This document shows positions 45,592-54,973 of a stretch of 64,000 nucleotides of DNA, piece after piece; the stretch's first letter is position 1; each line of letters opens with the position of its first letter. The stretch spans positions 3,851-67,850 of the forward strand of contig DASZHY010000092.1 in assembly GCA_035949675.1 (NCBI GenBank), in the 5' to 3' direction. The notes below the pieces were generated by a model. The model did not search any database, was not told where the DNA came from, and saw only the letters and a program-made list of their open reading frames with translations. Source of the stretch: Thermoanaerobaculia bacterium. Lineage in GTDB: Bacteria > Acidobacteriota > Thermoanaerobaculia > Multivoradales > UBA5704. A program made the translations under genes and the position numbers.

Positions 45592-46905
45592 ATGAGCAAG
45601 CGCCGCAAGTCGCGCCGTGAGGCTGCCGCCGGTGTCGCCGTCCGCACCAGGCGGCCGCGCGGCCGGGCCTGGGGAGCGCGTGCGCGAGGCTTCGGGGCGT
45701 TTCTGCGCGAGTACACGGCGGGCCTCAACCGGCAGGAGATCAAGCGGCTGTTCAACCGCGACGCGGCCAGCGCCTACTCGGTGCTGACGCGCGAGCACGC
45801 CCAGCTGCCCGAGCCGAAGGGCCGCGGCAAGCGCTTTCTGTTCCGCACCAGGCTCGCCTTTCTCGGCCTGTCGTACAAGCTGACGCCGGCGCGGCGCGCG
45901 GTGTTCGCACTGTCGCTGATCTGCCTGGTGATCGCGCTGATGACCGGCGACTCCACGTACACCACGGTGGAGCACGGCCACACCGTCAAGGTCAGCGTCG
46001 ACTTCTCGCCGTTCTGGTTCCTGCTCGCGAGCGGCGGGCTGACCTTCCTGCTGGCGCTCGAGCTGGTCGATCGGGTGCGGGTGCGCGACGAGCTGCAGGT
46101 GGCCCGCGAGCTGCAAGCCGAGCTGCTGCCGCACGGCGCGATCGAGCTGCCGGGGTATCGCGTCGCCCACTCCTACCGCACCGCCAACGAGGTGGGAGGC
46201 GATTACTACGAGGTGATGCCGCTGCCCGACGGGCGGGTGGCGTTGATGGTCGGCGACGCCACCGGGCACGGCATGGCGTCGGGCCTGGTGATGGCGATCG
46301 CCAATGCCACGCTGAAGACCGCCCTCGACCTCGATCCCGACCCGCGGCGGGTGATCGCCGTGCTGAACCGCACCCTTTGCCGCACCGGCACGCGGCGCAC
46401 TTTCATGACCGTCTTCTACGCCCTGCTCGACCCGGCCGCCGGCGGCCTGGTGTTGGTCTGCGCCGGGCACCCGTTCCCGCTGTTGCGCCGCGGCGGCGAC
46501 GGCACGGTCGAGGAGCTCGGGCGCGGCGGCCTGCCGCTGGGCGTGCGCGACGACCTCGCGCCTGAGCCGCAGGCCACGACGCTCGGTCCCGGCGATCTGC
46601 TGGTGCTCTACACCGACGGGCTGGCCGAGGCGGTGAACGCCCAGGCGGAGGCCTTCGGCTACGAGCGCATCGCCGCGCTGACCCGGCCCGGCGGCACGCC
46701 GCAGGAGGTGCACGACCGCATCCTGGCCGCCTTCGACGCCCACGTCGGCGAGGAGCCGCTGCGCGACGACCTGACCCTGCTGGTGATCTCGCGCGAGGGC
46801 GCCGCGCCCCCCGCCGCGATCCGGCCCGTCGATGCGGCCGCCAAGGTGGCGGCGATGGCGGCGGCGATCTCCCGCGGCGCCGGCGGGACCGGCGAATCGG
46901 CTTGA
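45592..46905 (+). CDS. PP2C-family (SpoIIE/RsbU-like) serine phosphatase with N-terminal TM segments
   Basis: GGDYYEVMPLPDGRVALMVGDATGHGMASG...TDGLAEAVN are PPM metal-binding motifs. Confidence 0.8.
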   Translation: MSKRRKSRREAAAGVAVRTRRPRGRAWGARARGFGAFLREYTAGLNRQEIKRLFNRDAASAYSVLTREHAQLPEPKGRGKRFLFRTRLAFLGLSYKLTPARRAVFALSLICLVIALMTGDSTYTTVEHGHTVKVSVDFSPFWFLLASGGLTFLLALELVDRVRVRDELQVARELQAELLPHGAIELPGYRVAHSYRTANEVGGDYYEVMPLPDGRVALMVGDATGHGMASGLVMAIANATLKTALDLDPDPRRVIAVLNRTLCRTGTRRTFMTVFYALLDPAAGGLVLVCAGHPFPLLRRGGDGTVEELGRGGLPLGVRDDLAPEPQATTLGPGDLLVLYTDGLAEAVNAQAEAFGYERIAALTRPGGTPQEVHDRILAAFDAHVGEEPLRDDLTLLVISREGAAPPAAIRPVDAAAKVAAMAAAISRGAGGTGESA

Positions 46906-47687
46906 CCCCCGGGCGCTGGCCGCGAGCGCTCCTGCTGCCGCTGACCGATGCCTGGCGCGGTCTCGACCGCTGTCTCGATCGCGGCGCCTGGGCGGTTTCG
47001 CGGGTCGGCGCCGGCCTGCTCGCCGGCTGGTGGGTCTATGTGCCGGTGCACGAGCTGCTGCACGCCGCCGCCTGCCGGGCGGCCGGCGGCGAGGTGCTGC
47101 GGCTGGAGATCGCGCGGCTCTATGGCGGCGCCGTGCTGGCGCGCCTGCTGCCGTTCGTCGCCGCCGGCGGCGAGTATGCCGGCCGCCTCGCTGGCTTCGA
47201 CACCCACGGCAGCGACCTCATCTATCTCGCCACCGATCTCGGCCCCTTCCTGCTGACGCTCCTGCCGGGAGTGTGGTGGCTGCGCCGCGCCGCGCGCGGC
47301 CGCCGCGCCTTCGCCTTCGGCGCCGCGCTGCCGGTGGCCCTCGCTCCCTTCCTGTCGTTGACCGGCGACGCGTACGAGATCGGGGCGATCCTGATCACCC
47401 GCCTGCCGCCCTGGGCCGGCCCGGCGGCGCGCCGGCTGCTGCGCGGCGACGACCTGTGGCGGCGGCTGCAGGCGATCGCGACGGCAGCGACGACGGCGAC
47501 GACGGCGAAACTTGCGGTGCGGCCGCCGTTGCCCATGTGGCAGCTGTGGCTTGGGGCCGCGCTCGCCGCGGCCGCCGGCCTGGCGTGGGCGCTGCTGACC
47601 TATGGCGCCGGCGCCGCGCTGGCGCGTCTGGCCGGGCAGCCGGCGCTCGACGGAGATCCCTCCGCGGTGAATGGGCGACTGCGGTAG
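46902..47687 (+). CDS. Membrane protein with HExxH motif (putative zincin-like, DUF3267-like)
   Basis: VPVHELLHAAAC lies in a predicted TM context with several hydrophobic helices. The Ala/Arg-rich composition makes the call tentative. Confidence 0.35.
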   Translation: MTPGRWPRALLLPLTDAWRGLDRCLDRGAWAVSRVGAGLLAGWWVYVPVHELLHAAACRAAGGEVLRLEIARLYGGAVLARLLPFVAAGGEYAGRLAGFDTHGSDLIYLATDLGPFLLTLLPGVWWLRRAARGRRAFAFGAALPVALAPFLSLTGDAYEIGAILITRLPPWAGPAARRLLRGDDLWRRLQAIATAATTATTAKLAVRPPLPMWQLWLGAALAAAAGLAWALLTYGAGAALARLAGQPALDGDPSAVNGRLR

Positions 47688-47803
47688 CGACCGACTCCCA
47701 TCAATCGAATCTGGGAGCCTGGCCGCCCGGCGGGCGGGAAAGGCCGGCCGAGGCCGCGACCATGGGTTGCTTCGCGGCCCCGGCCGATGTCAGGGCGTCG
47801 GGG

Positions 47804-47974
47804 TCAACAGTTGAACTTCGTGCAGACGTTGCCGCACGTGTCCGTACAACAGCTCGACGTGCCGCCGCTGCAGGCCGCAGTTCGGACGCCGGCGGCCACC
47901 TGGCTGAACTCGGCCCCGGAGAGGTGGCGCAGCGTCTCCGCGTTCAGCGAGAGCTTCCTTTGGATCTTCTTCAT
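47804..47974 (-). CDS. Orphan 56-aa Cys-rich peptide with double-glycine-type leader (candidate RiPP/bacteriocin precursor)
   Basis: Hand translation of the minus strand gives MKKIQRKLSLNAETLRHLSGAEFSQVAAGVRTAACSGGTSSCCTDTCGNVCTKFNC*. The leader fits LSxxELxxIxGG (with GA). The C-terminal 27 aa hold 6 Cys and 5 Ser/Thr. It is absent from the six-frame ORF track because it is under 60 aa. An AT-rich promoter region lies at 48000..48300. Confidence 0.45.
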   Translation of the reverse strand: MKKIQRKLSLNAETLRHLSGAEFSQVAAGVRTAACSGGTSSCCTDTCGNVCTKFNC

Positions 47975-48338
47975 CGGACTTCTCCTTTTCGACTACGGGT
48001 TATGCGGTGCCAGGCCGCGAGACGAGGGCCGTCCGCATCGCTGGGAGCTCCAGAGCAGCGAATTTTGGAAGCGAGCCTTGGCCAGGGAGCCGGGTGCCGC
48101 GGGTGAAACTAGAAGTATCATCACAGAACTTACAGTCGAACTATCATTTCTAGCAGTTCTACATCCTTTATGAAGACGTTATCAGTCAATACAGATGCTG
48201 TCAATGCTTTAATGACATCATAATTGCATATGGCGCCAATAAGCGCGGCAACGCCACCCGCTACACGGCAGGCGGCGGCTATTCAGATGGAGTTTTGAAC
48301 GCGACGAGGAAGCAGGCGCCGGGGCACACCGGCTCAGG

Positions 48339-49370
48339 TCAAGAGGTGAGCTTCTCCCAGTCCGCGTCCGGGGCGTCGAGCGCGATCGAGAGGCCGCCGT
48401 CGGAGCCGACGAAGACGGGGTCCTTCACCACCTTGACCTTGCCGCCGCCGACCGCCGCCAGCTCCTGCTCGAGGCGCGGTCCCAGGCCACGGATCAAGCC
48501 GGTGCCCCCCGAGACGATGATGTTGTTGCGCACCCTCTCCTGGTACTCGGGCTGCACGCGGGACAGGAGGTCCAGCATCGACTCGACGATCGGCGGCAGC
48601 AGCCCTTCGCAGGCCTGCCGCATCTCCTGGGTGATGTCGATCTGCGTCGGCTTGCCGTTGACCGGCACGGTGACCACGACCGGCGTGCGGGTGTTGCCGA
48701 CGAAGCTCGACTCCTCCTTCCAGGCGCGGACCATGTGGATCGAGAAGCGGGCCTCCGGGAAGCGCTCCCGGGTGAGGCGCGACAGCTGCTCGTCGACCCA
48801 GTCGCCCGCCTGGGTCAGGGTGCGCTGGTCCTCCTCGGCCGGCAGGCGGCCGTTCATGACGCAGAAGTCGGTGGTGCCGGCGCCGAGGTCGATGATCAAG
48901 CTGTGGAGCAGGGCCTCGAGCCCATAGGCCACCGCGAACGGCTCGGAAACGATCATCAGGTTGTCCACCGCGTCCTGCATCGCCTTGCGCACGTTCTGCT
49001 TGTTGACCCGCAGCGCCTCGGCGGGGACGCCGACCACCGCGCGCACCTTCATGCCGTTGCGGGTCTCGCGGGCGACGCCGACCAGCGACAGCAGATGCCA
49101 CAACAGCTCGCGCACCGCCGCCTCGTCCTTCTCCGAGCCGTCCTTGATCAGTCCTTCCTCGAGCGGCCGGTGCAGGTCGAGCATCGAGCGGTTCTCGAGC
49201 GCCTCATGGCCGATCAGCACCGGCTTCTTCAACACCTTGCGCGCCACCATGTCGAGCGGCCACCCGACGTAGCTCTCGACCACGTGGCGCTGCCCGGTGG
49301 AGGCCGAGATCGAGCTGCGCGACGTCCCCAGGTCGATGCCCACGTGGAGAACGGGTTTGCTCTCGGTCAT
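48339..49370 (-). CDS. MamK-like actin-family ATPase (MreB/ParM superfamily)
   Basis: VGIDLGTSRSSIS...SYVGWPLDMV...EPFAVAYGLEALLHSLIIDLGAGTTDFCVMNGRLPAEEDQRTLTQAGDWVDEQL closely parallels MamK (EPFMVGYGLD..IVDIGAGTTDICALKG..PEDQVTLTKAGNYVDERL). RBS AAGGAAG precedes the ATG at 49370. Confidence 0.8.
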   Translation of the reverse strand: MTESKPVLHVGIDLGTSRSSISASTGQRHVVESYVGWPLDMVARKVLKKPVLIGHEALENRSMLDLHRPLEEGLIKDGSEKDEAAVRELLWHLLSLVGVARETRNGMKVRAVVGVPAEALRVNKQNVRKAMQDAVDNLMIVSEPFAVAYGLEALLHSLIIDLGAGTTDFCVMNGRLPAEEDQRTLTQAGDWVDEQLSRLTRERFPEARFSIHMVRAWKEESSFVGNTRTPVVVTVPVNGKPTQIDITQEMRQACEGLLPPIVESMLDLLSRVQPEYQERVRNNIIVSGGTGLIRGLGPRLEQELAAVGGGKVKVVKDPVFVGSDGGLSIALDAPDADWEKLTS

Positions 49371-49417
49371 GCGGTTGGCTTCCTTTCTGATCGGTCCCAT
49401 GATGCGGCGGCGGCCGG

Positions 49418-50470
49418 CTACCCGCCGTTGCCGGCGGCGGCACCGCGGGCGGTGCTGGCGTAGACCCGCAGGCCGCCGGCGAGGGCCTCCGCGATGTACT
49501 GGCGGTACAGCGGCCGCGCCAGCAGCCGCGCCTCGTCGGTGTTGGAGGCGCAAGAGACCTCCGCCAGGATGGCCGGCATGCGGGTCGAGAGCAGCACGAT
49601 GAAAGGGGCCGACTTGACGCCCCGGTCCTCGATCTTCGGATTCACCCTGCCCAGCGACCGGAACAGCGCGCGCTGCACGACCTCGGCGAGCTCTCGCGAC
49701 TTGTCCTGACGGACGCCGGCATAGATACCGTCCAGCAGCTGGCGCATGTCGGCCATCGCGTAGCCGGAGTCGCGGTTCTCGAGCGCCGCCAGCCGGTTGA
49801 GGAACGGATCGTTGGTGGGGCCCAGGTAATAGGTCTCGACGCCGTGCGAGGCGCGGTTCTCGATCCAGTTGACGTGCACCGAGACGAAGACGTCGGCGCC
49901 CGAGCGGTTGGCGATGGCGGCGCGCTCGGCCAGCGACACCGCGCTGTCGCCGCTGCGGGTCATGACGACCTCGAAGTCGTGCTGCGCCTCGAGCAGCTGC
50001 CGCAGGCGGCGCGCGACGTCCAGGGTGATGTCCTTTTCCAGCAGCCCGAGCGGGGTCCTGGTGCCGTGGCTGTCGCCGCCGTGCCCGGCGTCGAGAGCGA
50101 TCCTGCGCACCGCGAGCGGGAGCACCGCGGGGTCGATCGTGGCCGCCCCCTGGGAAACCAGGACGGCGGCGATGGGCGGCGGATTCGCCCTCAGGTCCTG
50201 CCCCGCCCGGACCGCGGAGGTCGCCAGGGTCGCTCCCGGCGGCCGTACCGGCGCCGGCGCGGCGGCGAGCGTCGAGAGCAGCCGCGTCGAGCCGACCAGC
50301 GCCGTCGACGCCAGCAGCAGGGCGAGCGCACCCAGCAGCCGCAGGTACGGAAGCCGGCGCGGAGCGTGCGGGCGATGAATCCGGCCCTGGATGAGCTCCA
50401 CGTTTTGCTGCACCAGGTCGTGCACCAGGCGGCGCTTGAGACGATCGACGTTGGCCTTGGACTGCAGCAT
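49418..50470 (-). CDS. N-acetylmuramoyl-L-alanine amidase (Amidase_3, AmiC-type) lacking an AMIN domain
   Basis: IALDAGHGGDSHG...ADVFVSVHVNWIENRASHGVETYY are Amidase_3 zinc-site motifs. The N-terminus carries a TM/signal region. Confidence 0.8.
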   Translation of the reverse strand: MLQSKANVDRLKRRLVHDLVQQNVELIQGRIHRPHAPRRLPYLRLLGALALLLASTALVGSTRLLSTLAAAPAPVRPPGATLATSAVRAGQDLRANPPPIAAVLVSQGAATIDPAVLPLAVRRIALDAGHGGDSHGTRTPLGLLEKDITLDVARRLRQLLEAQHDFEVVMTRSGDSAVSLAERAAIANRSGADVFVSVHVNWIENRASHGVETYYLGPTNDPFLNRLAALENRDSGYAMADMRQLLDGIYAGVRQDKSRELAEVVQRALFRSLGRVNPKIEDRGVKSAPFIVLLSTRMPAILAEVSCASNTDEARLLARPLYRQYIAEALAGGLRVYASTARGAAAGNGG

Positions 50471-50594
50471 CCCGGCAAACCCGCGGTCAGGGAGCCACCA
50501 GGGGCGAAACCAGACACGCCGCCCGCGGGCCGGGCTACGGTCTAACCTCGCATGGCAAAAAGCTCCAGGGCACAAAAGTGTACTACAGGTCCGG

Positions 50595-52553
50595 TCAGCT
50601 CTTGCCGGTCCTGACTCCGCCCCCTCCGGCCGCCCCGGCTCCGGCCGCCCCAACCGCTCCAGCCTGCGCGCCGATGGCGAAGCGCGCGGTCCCGGTCTGC
50701 GTTCCGGCCGGACCGCTGAGCGTGACCACCAGGCGGTAGGCGCCGGGAACGAGGTGCGGCGGCCGGAAGACCGCCCGCAGCACCGCCGGGCGCGAACCGC
50801 CCCCCGCATCGCGGCTGCCGAGACGCAGCTCGCCGCTCGCCAGGTCGCGGCCGTCGGCGCTCTGGACCACCGCTCGGGCCCTCAACTTGCCGTCCCCCAG
50901 GTTGTAGGCGACCAGCGCCACTGCCGCGTTCTTGCCGGGCGTGAGCGCCGGCAACGAGGCCGGCACGTAGGCACGGCGCCCGACCGTGAACGGGTAGGGA
51001 GCGTCGCGCTGCTCGCCGCGCGGCGGCTCGCGCACCATGGCCCACCTGCCGCCTGCCTCGGGAAAGAAGGGCTGCAACAGCACCGGCCGATCGGCGGTAA
51101 AGGAGGGCACGGTCAGCATCAGGGCGCGCTTGCCGAAGGCTCCCGTGTCGCCGTTGCGTACCAGCGTGCGCACCGAGTACTCGCCGGCCGGCAGCTCGAG
51201 ATGGCCGAAGAACTTCAGCCCGCCGCGCCGTAGCGTCGCCCCGGCTTTGCCGAGATCCAGCCGCAGGATCTGGCCGAAGGAGTCGGCGATGGCGCCGTCG
51301 CCGCCGACGGCGTAGGCGTAGACCTCGGCAGGCAGGTCGGCGCGGGAGCCGCCGGCCAGCAGCGTGGCGCCGTCGGCTTCGACCAGCACCGGCACGTAAG
51401 CCTTGTCCGCAACGCCGCGGAAGGGCGCGGCCAGCACGGCGGTGGCGACCGCCCCCGCGTCGCCGCCGCTCATCAGCTGGTCGCCGGCGGCGAGCCGTCT
51501 GGCGTCGGGCGGCAGCTGGGCATAGGGCAGGCGGCCGTAGAAACCCGGCCGGTGGTCCAGCCGCGCGGCGGGGGGCGCGCCGCTCAGCTCGACGGCGAGC
51601 GGATGGAAGGCGCCGTCGAGCGCGGCGGCCGCCGGGTGGAAGGACAGCAAATAGGTGACGCTGGTCTGCCTGACCAGCCGTGCCATGGCGCGGTCCAGCT
51701 CGCCGCGCAGGTCCGGGAGGTCACCCCGAAGATCGACGGTCGCGACGACGCAGTCCACCCGCCGCAGCTGCTCGGGCACGCCGGCGAGCGGCTCGGGCGG
51801 GGCGCCGGCCGCTGCCGAGAACAGGACCGCCAGCTTGCGCCCCGCCACCGCATCGAGCCCGCTGGCCAGCTCGGACAAGGAGCTCGCCGCGAGGCCCGCG
51901 TCGAGGCGGCCGCGGCTGGCCAGCGAGCGCTGCCGCAGTGCCTCGAGCATGGCCTCCGGCTCGACCTCCGGGGCCGCCGCCGCCCCGGGATCGGCGGCGA
52001 GCGCCAGGCCCGGCAGTGCGGCCCGTAGCTTGGGCGAGGTCAGCCGCAGCTCGTCTTGCTGGCCGTCGAGCAATTCCGGCAAGCCGAGATGCGCGACGGC
52101 CCCGAGGACCTCCCGGCGGTCGGAGGTGAACCCGAGCACCAGCCGCCAGCCCGACTCGCCGTCGAAGGTGGCCACCGCCGCCAGGTCGCCAGGTGCGAAG
52201 GACCCCGGCAGCCACTCGCGCACCGCGCGCGTCGCCGCCAGGATGGCGGTCGGCTCCGAGCCCGCCAGATCGAACAGCAGCAGGTAGCGGCGCCTGGTAC
52301 CGGGCCGCCCGAGATCGACGAAGTCGAAGCCGCTGATGGTCCGCCTGGCGCCGTCTTCGAGCAGCGCGAAATCCGCTGCCGCGAGGCCCCGCACCGGCTC
52401 GCCGTCGAGCAGGACCTGGACGGGGATCTGCACCGCCTCGGGCGGGACGGCTGCCTGCCCGCGGCGCTCGCCTGCCGCCGGCCGGAGCACCAGCGCCAGC
52501 AAGCAGCCGAAGCCGACCAGCACGAGCCCGCTTGGCGTCCACTTGTTCGGCAT
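50595..52553 (-). CDS. Secreted protein with VWA-like N-terminal domain (hypothetical)
   Basis: Signal peptide MPNKWTPSGLVLVGFGCLLALVL. A VWA-like beta-alpha pattern follows (YLLLFDLAGSE...AAVATFDGESGW). The composition is low-complexity and Ala-rich, so confidence is limited. Confidence 0.45.
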   Translation of the reverse strand: MPNKWTPSGLVLVGFGCLLALVLRPAAGERRGQAAVPPEAVQIPVQVLLDGEPVRGLAAADFALLEDGARRTISGFDFVDLGRPGTRRRYLLLFDLAGSEPTAILAATRAVREWLPGSFAPGDLAAVATFDGESGWRLVLGFTSDRREVLGAVAHLGLPELLDGQQDELRLTSPKLRAALPGLALAADPGAAAAPEVEPEAMLEALRQRSLASRGRLDAGLAASSLSELASGLDAVAGRKLAVLFSAAAGAPPEPLAGVPEQLRRVDCVVATVDLRGDLPDLRGELDRAMARLVRQTSVTYLLSFHPAAAALDGAFHPLAVELSGAPPAARLDHRPGFYGRLPYAQLPPDARRLAAGDQLMSGGDAGAVATAVLAAPFRGVADKAYVPVLVEADGATLLAGGSRADLPAEVYAYAVGGDGAIADSFGQILRLDLGKAGATLRRGGLKFFGHLELPAGEYSVRTLVRNGDTGAFGKRALMLTVPSFTADRPVLLQPFFPEAGGRWAMVREPPRGEQRDAPYPFTVGRRAYVPASLPALTPGKNAAVALVAYNLGDGKLRARAVVQSADGRDLASGELRLGSRDAGGGSRPAVLRAVFRPPHLVPGAYRLVVTLSGPAGTQTGTARFAIGAQAGAVGAAGAGAAGGGGVRTGKS

Positions 52554-52748
52554 GACGGCACTGGCGCCGCATGGGTGAACACGAGCCGGAGCCAGACCAG
52601 AGCAACTATACGCCCCGGAGCCGCCGGCTCGATCCGCACGTGCGGCGCGCGTTGGCTGTCAGCCGCACGTGCGGCGCGCGTGGCTGTCAGGCGCACCAGG
52701 GGTGCGCGTGGCCGTCAGGCGCGCGAGCGGAGCGGCGGCGGCGCGCGG

Positions 52749-54776
52749 CTACTTGGCGCGCAGGTGGATGCGGAGCTGGCGTGGCCCGGGCTGGACGCCT
52801 ATCACCTGCACGTCGCGGCTGCCCAGGTCCAGCACGATGTGCAGCTCCTGGGGCGGGTGATAGCCGGTACGGATCTGCAGCAGCTCCGGGGTCCGCACCA
52901 TCAGGCGTGGCGACGGGAAGGGACGGTCGATGCCGGTGATCCGGATCACTTCGCGCACCGGCAAGCCGCCGACCCGGGTCCTGGTGTAGGACTCGTTGGT
53001 GAAGTCGCCATTGCCCCACAGCACGACCTCGGTGCCGTCCGCCACGGGCTGCCAGGTGATCCGCTGCACGGCTGTCAGCCGCGCAGTGGCGCCAGGAGCG
53101 CCGGCGCCGCGCCCGCTGGCGCTGCCGGGCGCCGGCACCGGCTCGAGCACGGCGCGGCCGGCAGACGCCGCCGCCGGCGGTGCCGTCGCCGGCGGGGAGG
53201 CTCCGCGGCCGGCAGCAGGCGTCACCGGCGGCGCCGTCACCGCTGGTGCCGTCACCGTCGGCGTGGCAGCCGACGGCACGGTTGGGGCCGGCGCGGCCGA
53301 GGTGGGTGCGCCCCCGGTCGGCGTCGCCGCTGCCGGCGCGGCCGGGGCGGCTGAGCCCGCCGCGGTCGCCGCGGCCGCTGTCGGCGCGGCCGGGGCGGCT
53401 GAGCCCGCCGCGGTCGGCGTCGCCGCTGCCTGCGCGGTCGGCACGGCCAAGCCGGGCGCGGTCCGGGCCTTGGCGCCGGCGGCGGCCGGGGCCGCCGGGG
53501 CCGCGGACACCGTTTCCGGCTGGGCGGCTTCGCGCCTCTCGATCCATCCCAGCACGGTGTCGCGCAGCAGGTAGACTCCCAGGCCCACGAGGGCGACGGC
53601 CAGCAGCGCGCCGACCAGCGGCAGGCGCGAAGGCCGGCGCGGCGCGCGCAGGTCGAACGACGAGAAGGTGGGAGCCGCGGCCGGCGGCGGCACCTTGGCT
53701 GGCGCCGGCACCTGAGCCGGAGGCAGCGGCGCGCCGGCACCGGCCACGATCTCGTCGAGCGGCGGCAGCGCCGGCACGTCCGGCGCCAGCTCGTCGAGCG
53801 GCGGCAGCGCCGCGGCCACCTGGGCAAGCGGGTCGGCCGCGTGTCCGGCCGGCGCGCCCTCGCCGGTCGCCGACAGTCCGCCAGCTGCTGTCCCGCCGGC
53901 GCCGGCGGCTTCGTCCCCCGCGCCGAGGGACTCGAGCGGCGAGCGGGGAGTGATTGCCGGCACGCCGGGCAGCTGCTGAATCGCCGGGATCTCGAGCCGC
54001 CACGGCAGGGATGACAGATCGTCCTGCGGCGGCGCGGCTGCCGGCCGCGGCGGTGCGGCCGGCGGCAGGCCTGGCGCGCTCATGGCCGGCGGCGGCGCGG
54101 TCGCCGGGGGCGGCGGGCTGGGCGCGCTCACGGCCGGCGGCGGCGCGGTCACGGGCGGCGGCGCGGTCGCGGGCGGCGGCGTTCTCGCCAGGGCCGGCGG
54201 GTCTGGCACCGCGACGACGGGCCGCGCCTCCCTCCCGGGAGCGCGCATTTCGCCGTGGGGCTCCGCGGCGCCGGCCTCGGGTCCGGCCGCCGGCGGCGGG
54301 GTCGGGTCGAAGGGCTTGCCGCCATGCGCCACGTAGTCGTCGACGATCTTGTAGATGAGGTCCTTGCTGCCCGGGCTCAGATCGAGGAACCGGACTCCCA
54401 TGCCGGGCGGCCGCTCCGGCCCCTCGCCCCGCTCGCGCGCCCACACCACCTCGCCGCGTCCACGGATCAACTCGTAGCCGTCGCCCAGCCGGAACTCGAA
54501 CTCGAGCAGCTGTCCCGGCGCCTCCGGGGTGTCCGTGCGGATGAAGATCCCGCCCGGCGAGATGTTGGAGAAATATTCGTTGATGAAGCCGCTGAAGCGG
54601 TCGAACTTGAGCTGGATCCGGTGCGCCAGCGGCACGCGGGTCTGGTCGCGCGGCAGGTTGGAGTAGTCGGTAGCCACCTTGTCGATCCGGATGTCTCGTG
54701 CCGGGTGCGCAGGGCGGTCGGGGCGGCCGGTGGCGGAGGCCCATCGCCCCCAGACGTCCTGCTGATCCGATCCCAT
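52749..54776 (-). CDS. PilZ-domain protein with Pro/Ala-rich linker, TM segment and C-terminal AMIN-like domain
   Basis: PilZ motifs RDQTR (RxxxR) and NISPGG (D/N-x-S-x-G-G). A Pro-rich APP repeat linker is followed by TM helix LPLVGALLAVALVGLGVYLL. The C-terminal domain of about 110 aa (TAVQRITWQPVADGTEVVLWGNGDF...LHIVLDLG...LRIHL) is AMIN-like. Confidence 0.6.
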   Translation of the reverse strand: MGSDQQDVWGRWASATGRPDRPAHPARDIRIDKVATDYSNLPRDQTRVPLAHRIQLKFDRFSGFINEYFSNISPGGIFIRTDTPEAPGQLLEFEFRLGDGYELIRGRGEVVWARERGEGPERPPGMGVRFLDLSPGSKDLIYKIVDDYVAHGGKPFDPTPPPAAGPEAGAAEPHGEMRAPGREARPVVAVPDPPALARTPPPATAPPPVTAPPPAVSAPSPPPPATAPPPAMSAPGLPPAAPPRPAAAPPQDDLSSLPWRLEIPAIQQLPGVPAITPRSPLESLGAGDEAAGAGGTAAGGLSATGEGAPAGHAADPLAQVAAALPPLDELAPDVPALPPLDEIVAGAGAPLPPAQVPAPAKVPPPAAAPTFSSFDLRAPRRPSRLPLVGALLAVALVGLGVYLLRDTVLGWIERREAAQPETVSAAPAAPAAAGAKARTAPGLAVPTAQAAATPTAAGSAAPAAPTAAAATAAGSAAPAAPAAATPTGGAPTSAAPAPTVPSAATPTVTAPAVTAPPVTPAAGRGASPPATAPPAAASAGRAVLEPVPAPGSASGRGAGAPGATARLTAVQRITWQPVADGTEVVLWGNGDFTNESYTRTRVGGLPVREVIRITGIDRPFPSPRLMVRTPELLQIRTGYHPPQELHIVLDLGSRDVQVIGVQPGPRQLRIHLRAK

Positions 54777-54973
54777 GAGTTGCCGGGGGGATGATACATG
54801 AAGGCGCAGTGCCTTGGAGCGCCGTGAAAACCCGCTCCGGCCGCGGAAAACCGCCTGTGCGGCTGTGCTAGCATGCCGCGTTCCCTCGAGGGAGCTTGCC
54901 ACCTTCCTCAATCCCCGGCCTGGGACCATGAGCCGGCGGCTCCGCGGAGATCGCCCATGGTGCGGAGCGAGCA

